Source: Alphaproteobacteria bacterium (lineage in GTDB: Bacteria > Pseudomonadota > Alphaproteobacteria > GCA-2731375). From it: DNA of 64,000 nt. The stretch is from assembly GCA_965232515.1 (NCBI GenBank), contig CBDDPY010000002.1, positions 4,800,001 to 4,864,000 on the forward strand, written 5' to 3'. A model generated the notes under the pieces. The model was not told the origin of the DNA. It worked only from the letters and a program-made list of their open reading frames with translations, and made no database searches. The position numbers and the translations under genes were made by a program. Below, piece by piece: positions 63,484 to 64,000 of the stretch (positions are counted from its first letter, which is position 1; every line of letters starts with the position of its first letter).

Positions 63484-64000
63484 ATGTCTGATACCCGTCC
63501 GCGCCGTTTCGGCTTCCTGATGTTTCCCGCTTTCGAGGAACTCGACCTGATCGGCCCCTGGGAGATGGCGACCATGTGGCGCGATTATTCGGGCGGGCCG
63601 GAATGCCTGACGGTCAGCCAGGCCGGCGGTCCGGTGACCTGCGCCAAGGGCCTGAAATGCGCCGCCGATTACAGCTTCGCCGATTGCCCTGACATCGACT
63701 ATCTGTTGATCCCCGGCGGCTTCTCGGCCTTCGACGAAATGAAGAACGCCGAGCTGGTCGACTGGGTGCGCGGGCAGGGCGCGGCCTGCCAGCATGTGCT
63801 GTCGGTCTGCACCGGCTCGTTCATCCTGCAGGCGGCCGGTCTGCTGGACGGCCGGCAGGCCACGACCCACTGGAAGGCCATGGCGCAACTGGGCGAGCTG
63901 CCGGGCGTCCAGGCCGTCAAGCAACGCTGGGTGCGCGACAGCAACGTCTGGACCTCGGCCGGCGTCTCGGCCGGCATGGATCTGCTGCTGGGCTTTATCG
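63484..64000 (+). CDS. DJ-1/PfpI family protein, 3' end outside window
   Basis: Manual translation: FEELDLIGPWE, LIPGG, SVCTGS..L..AGLLDGRQATTHW. Confidence 0.9.
   Translation, partial: MSDTRPRRFGFLMFPAFEELDLIGPWEMATMWRDYSGGPECLTVSQAGGPVTCAKGLKCAADYSFADCPDIDYLLIPGGFSAFDEMKNAELVDWVRGQGAACQHVLSVCTGSFILQAAGLLDGRQATTHWKAMAQLGELPGVQAVKQRWVRDSNVWTSAGVSAGMDLLLGFI

Overview
High-GC chromosomal region of an alphaproteobacterium, probably Rhodospirillales-like (judged from gene content: IalB, DUF2794, DUF1127/GcvA, CtrA-type boxes). About 65 mostly housekeeping or metabolic genes: argG, rlmN, msrA, alkB, cobB, speE, ocd/ctlX, tesA-ybbAP, acetoacetyl-CoA ligase, a Lon-like protease and higBA. No rRNA, tRNA, CRISPR array, prophage or transposase was recognised. 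The most notable locus is 25.5-31.1 kb: a sigma54/enhancer-driven PEP-CTERM protein converges on a ThiF-nitroreductase didomain enzyme (OxzB-like) and two N-acyl amino acid synthases, each synthase with a CtrA-like box upstream. Also notable: an orphan Na+-type PomAB-like stator downstream of a pseudo-receiver gene, a tightly coupled MlrC / TTC38-like / AHL-lactonase / ComB operon, a DUF4405-like membrane protein ending in CxxCH, a lipoprotein truncated globin, a class D beta-lactamase, two low-GC orphan genes, a ~270-bp MITE-like element and several families of palindromic intergenic repeats. All family assignments come from motif recognition by eye; no searches were run.
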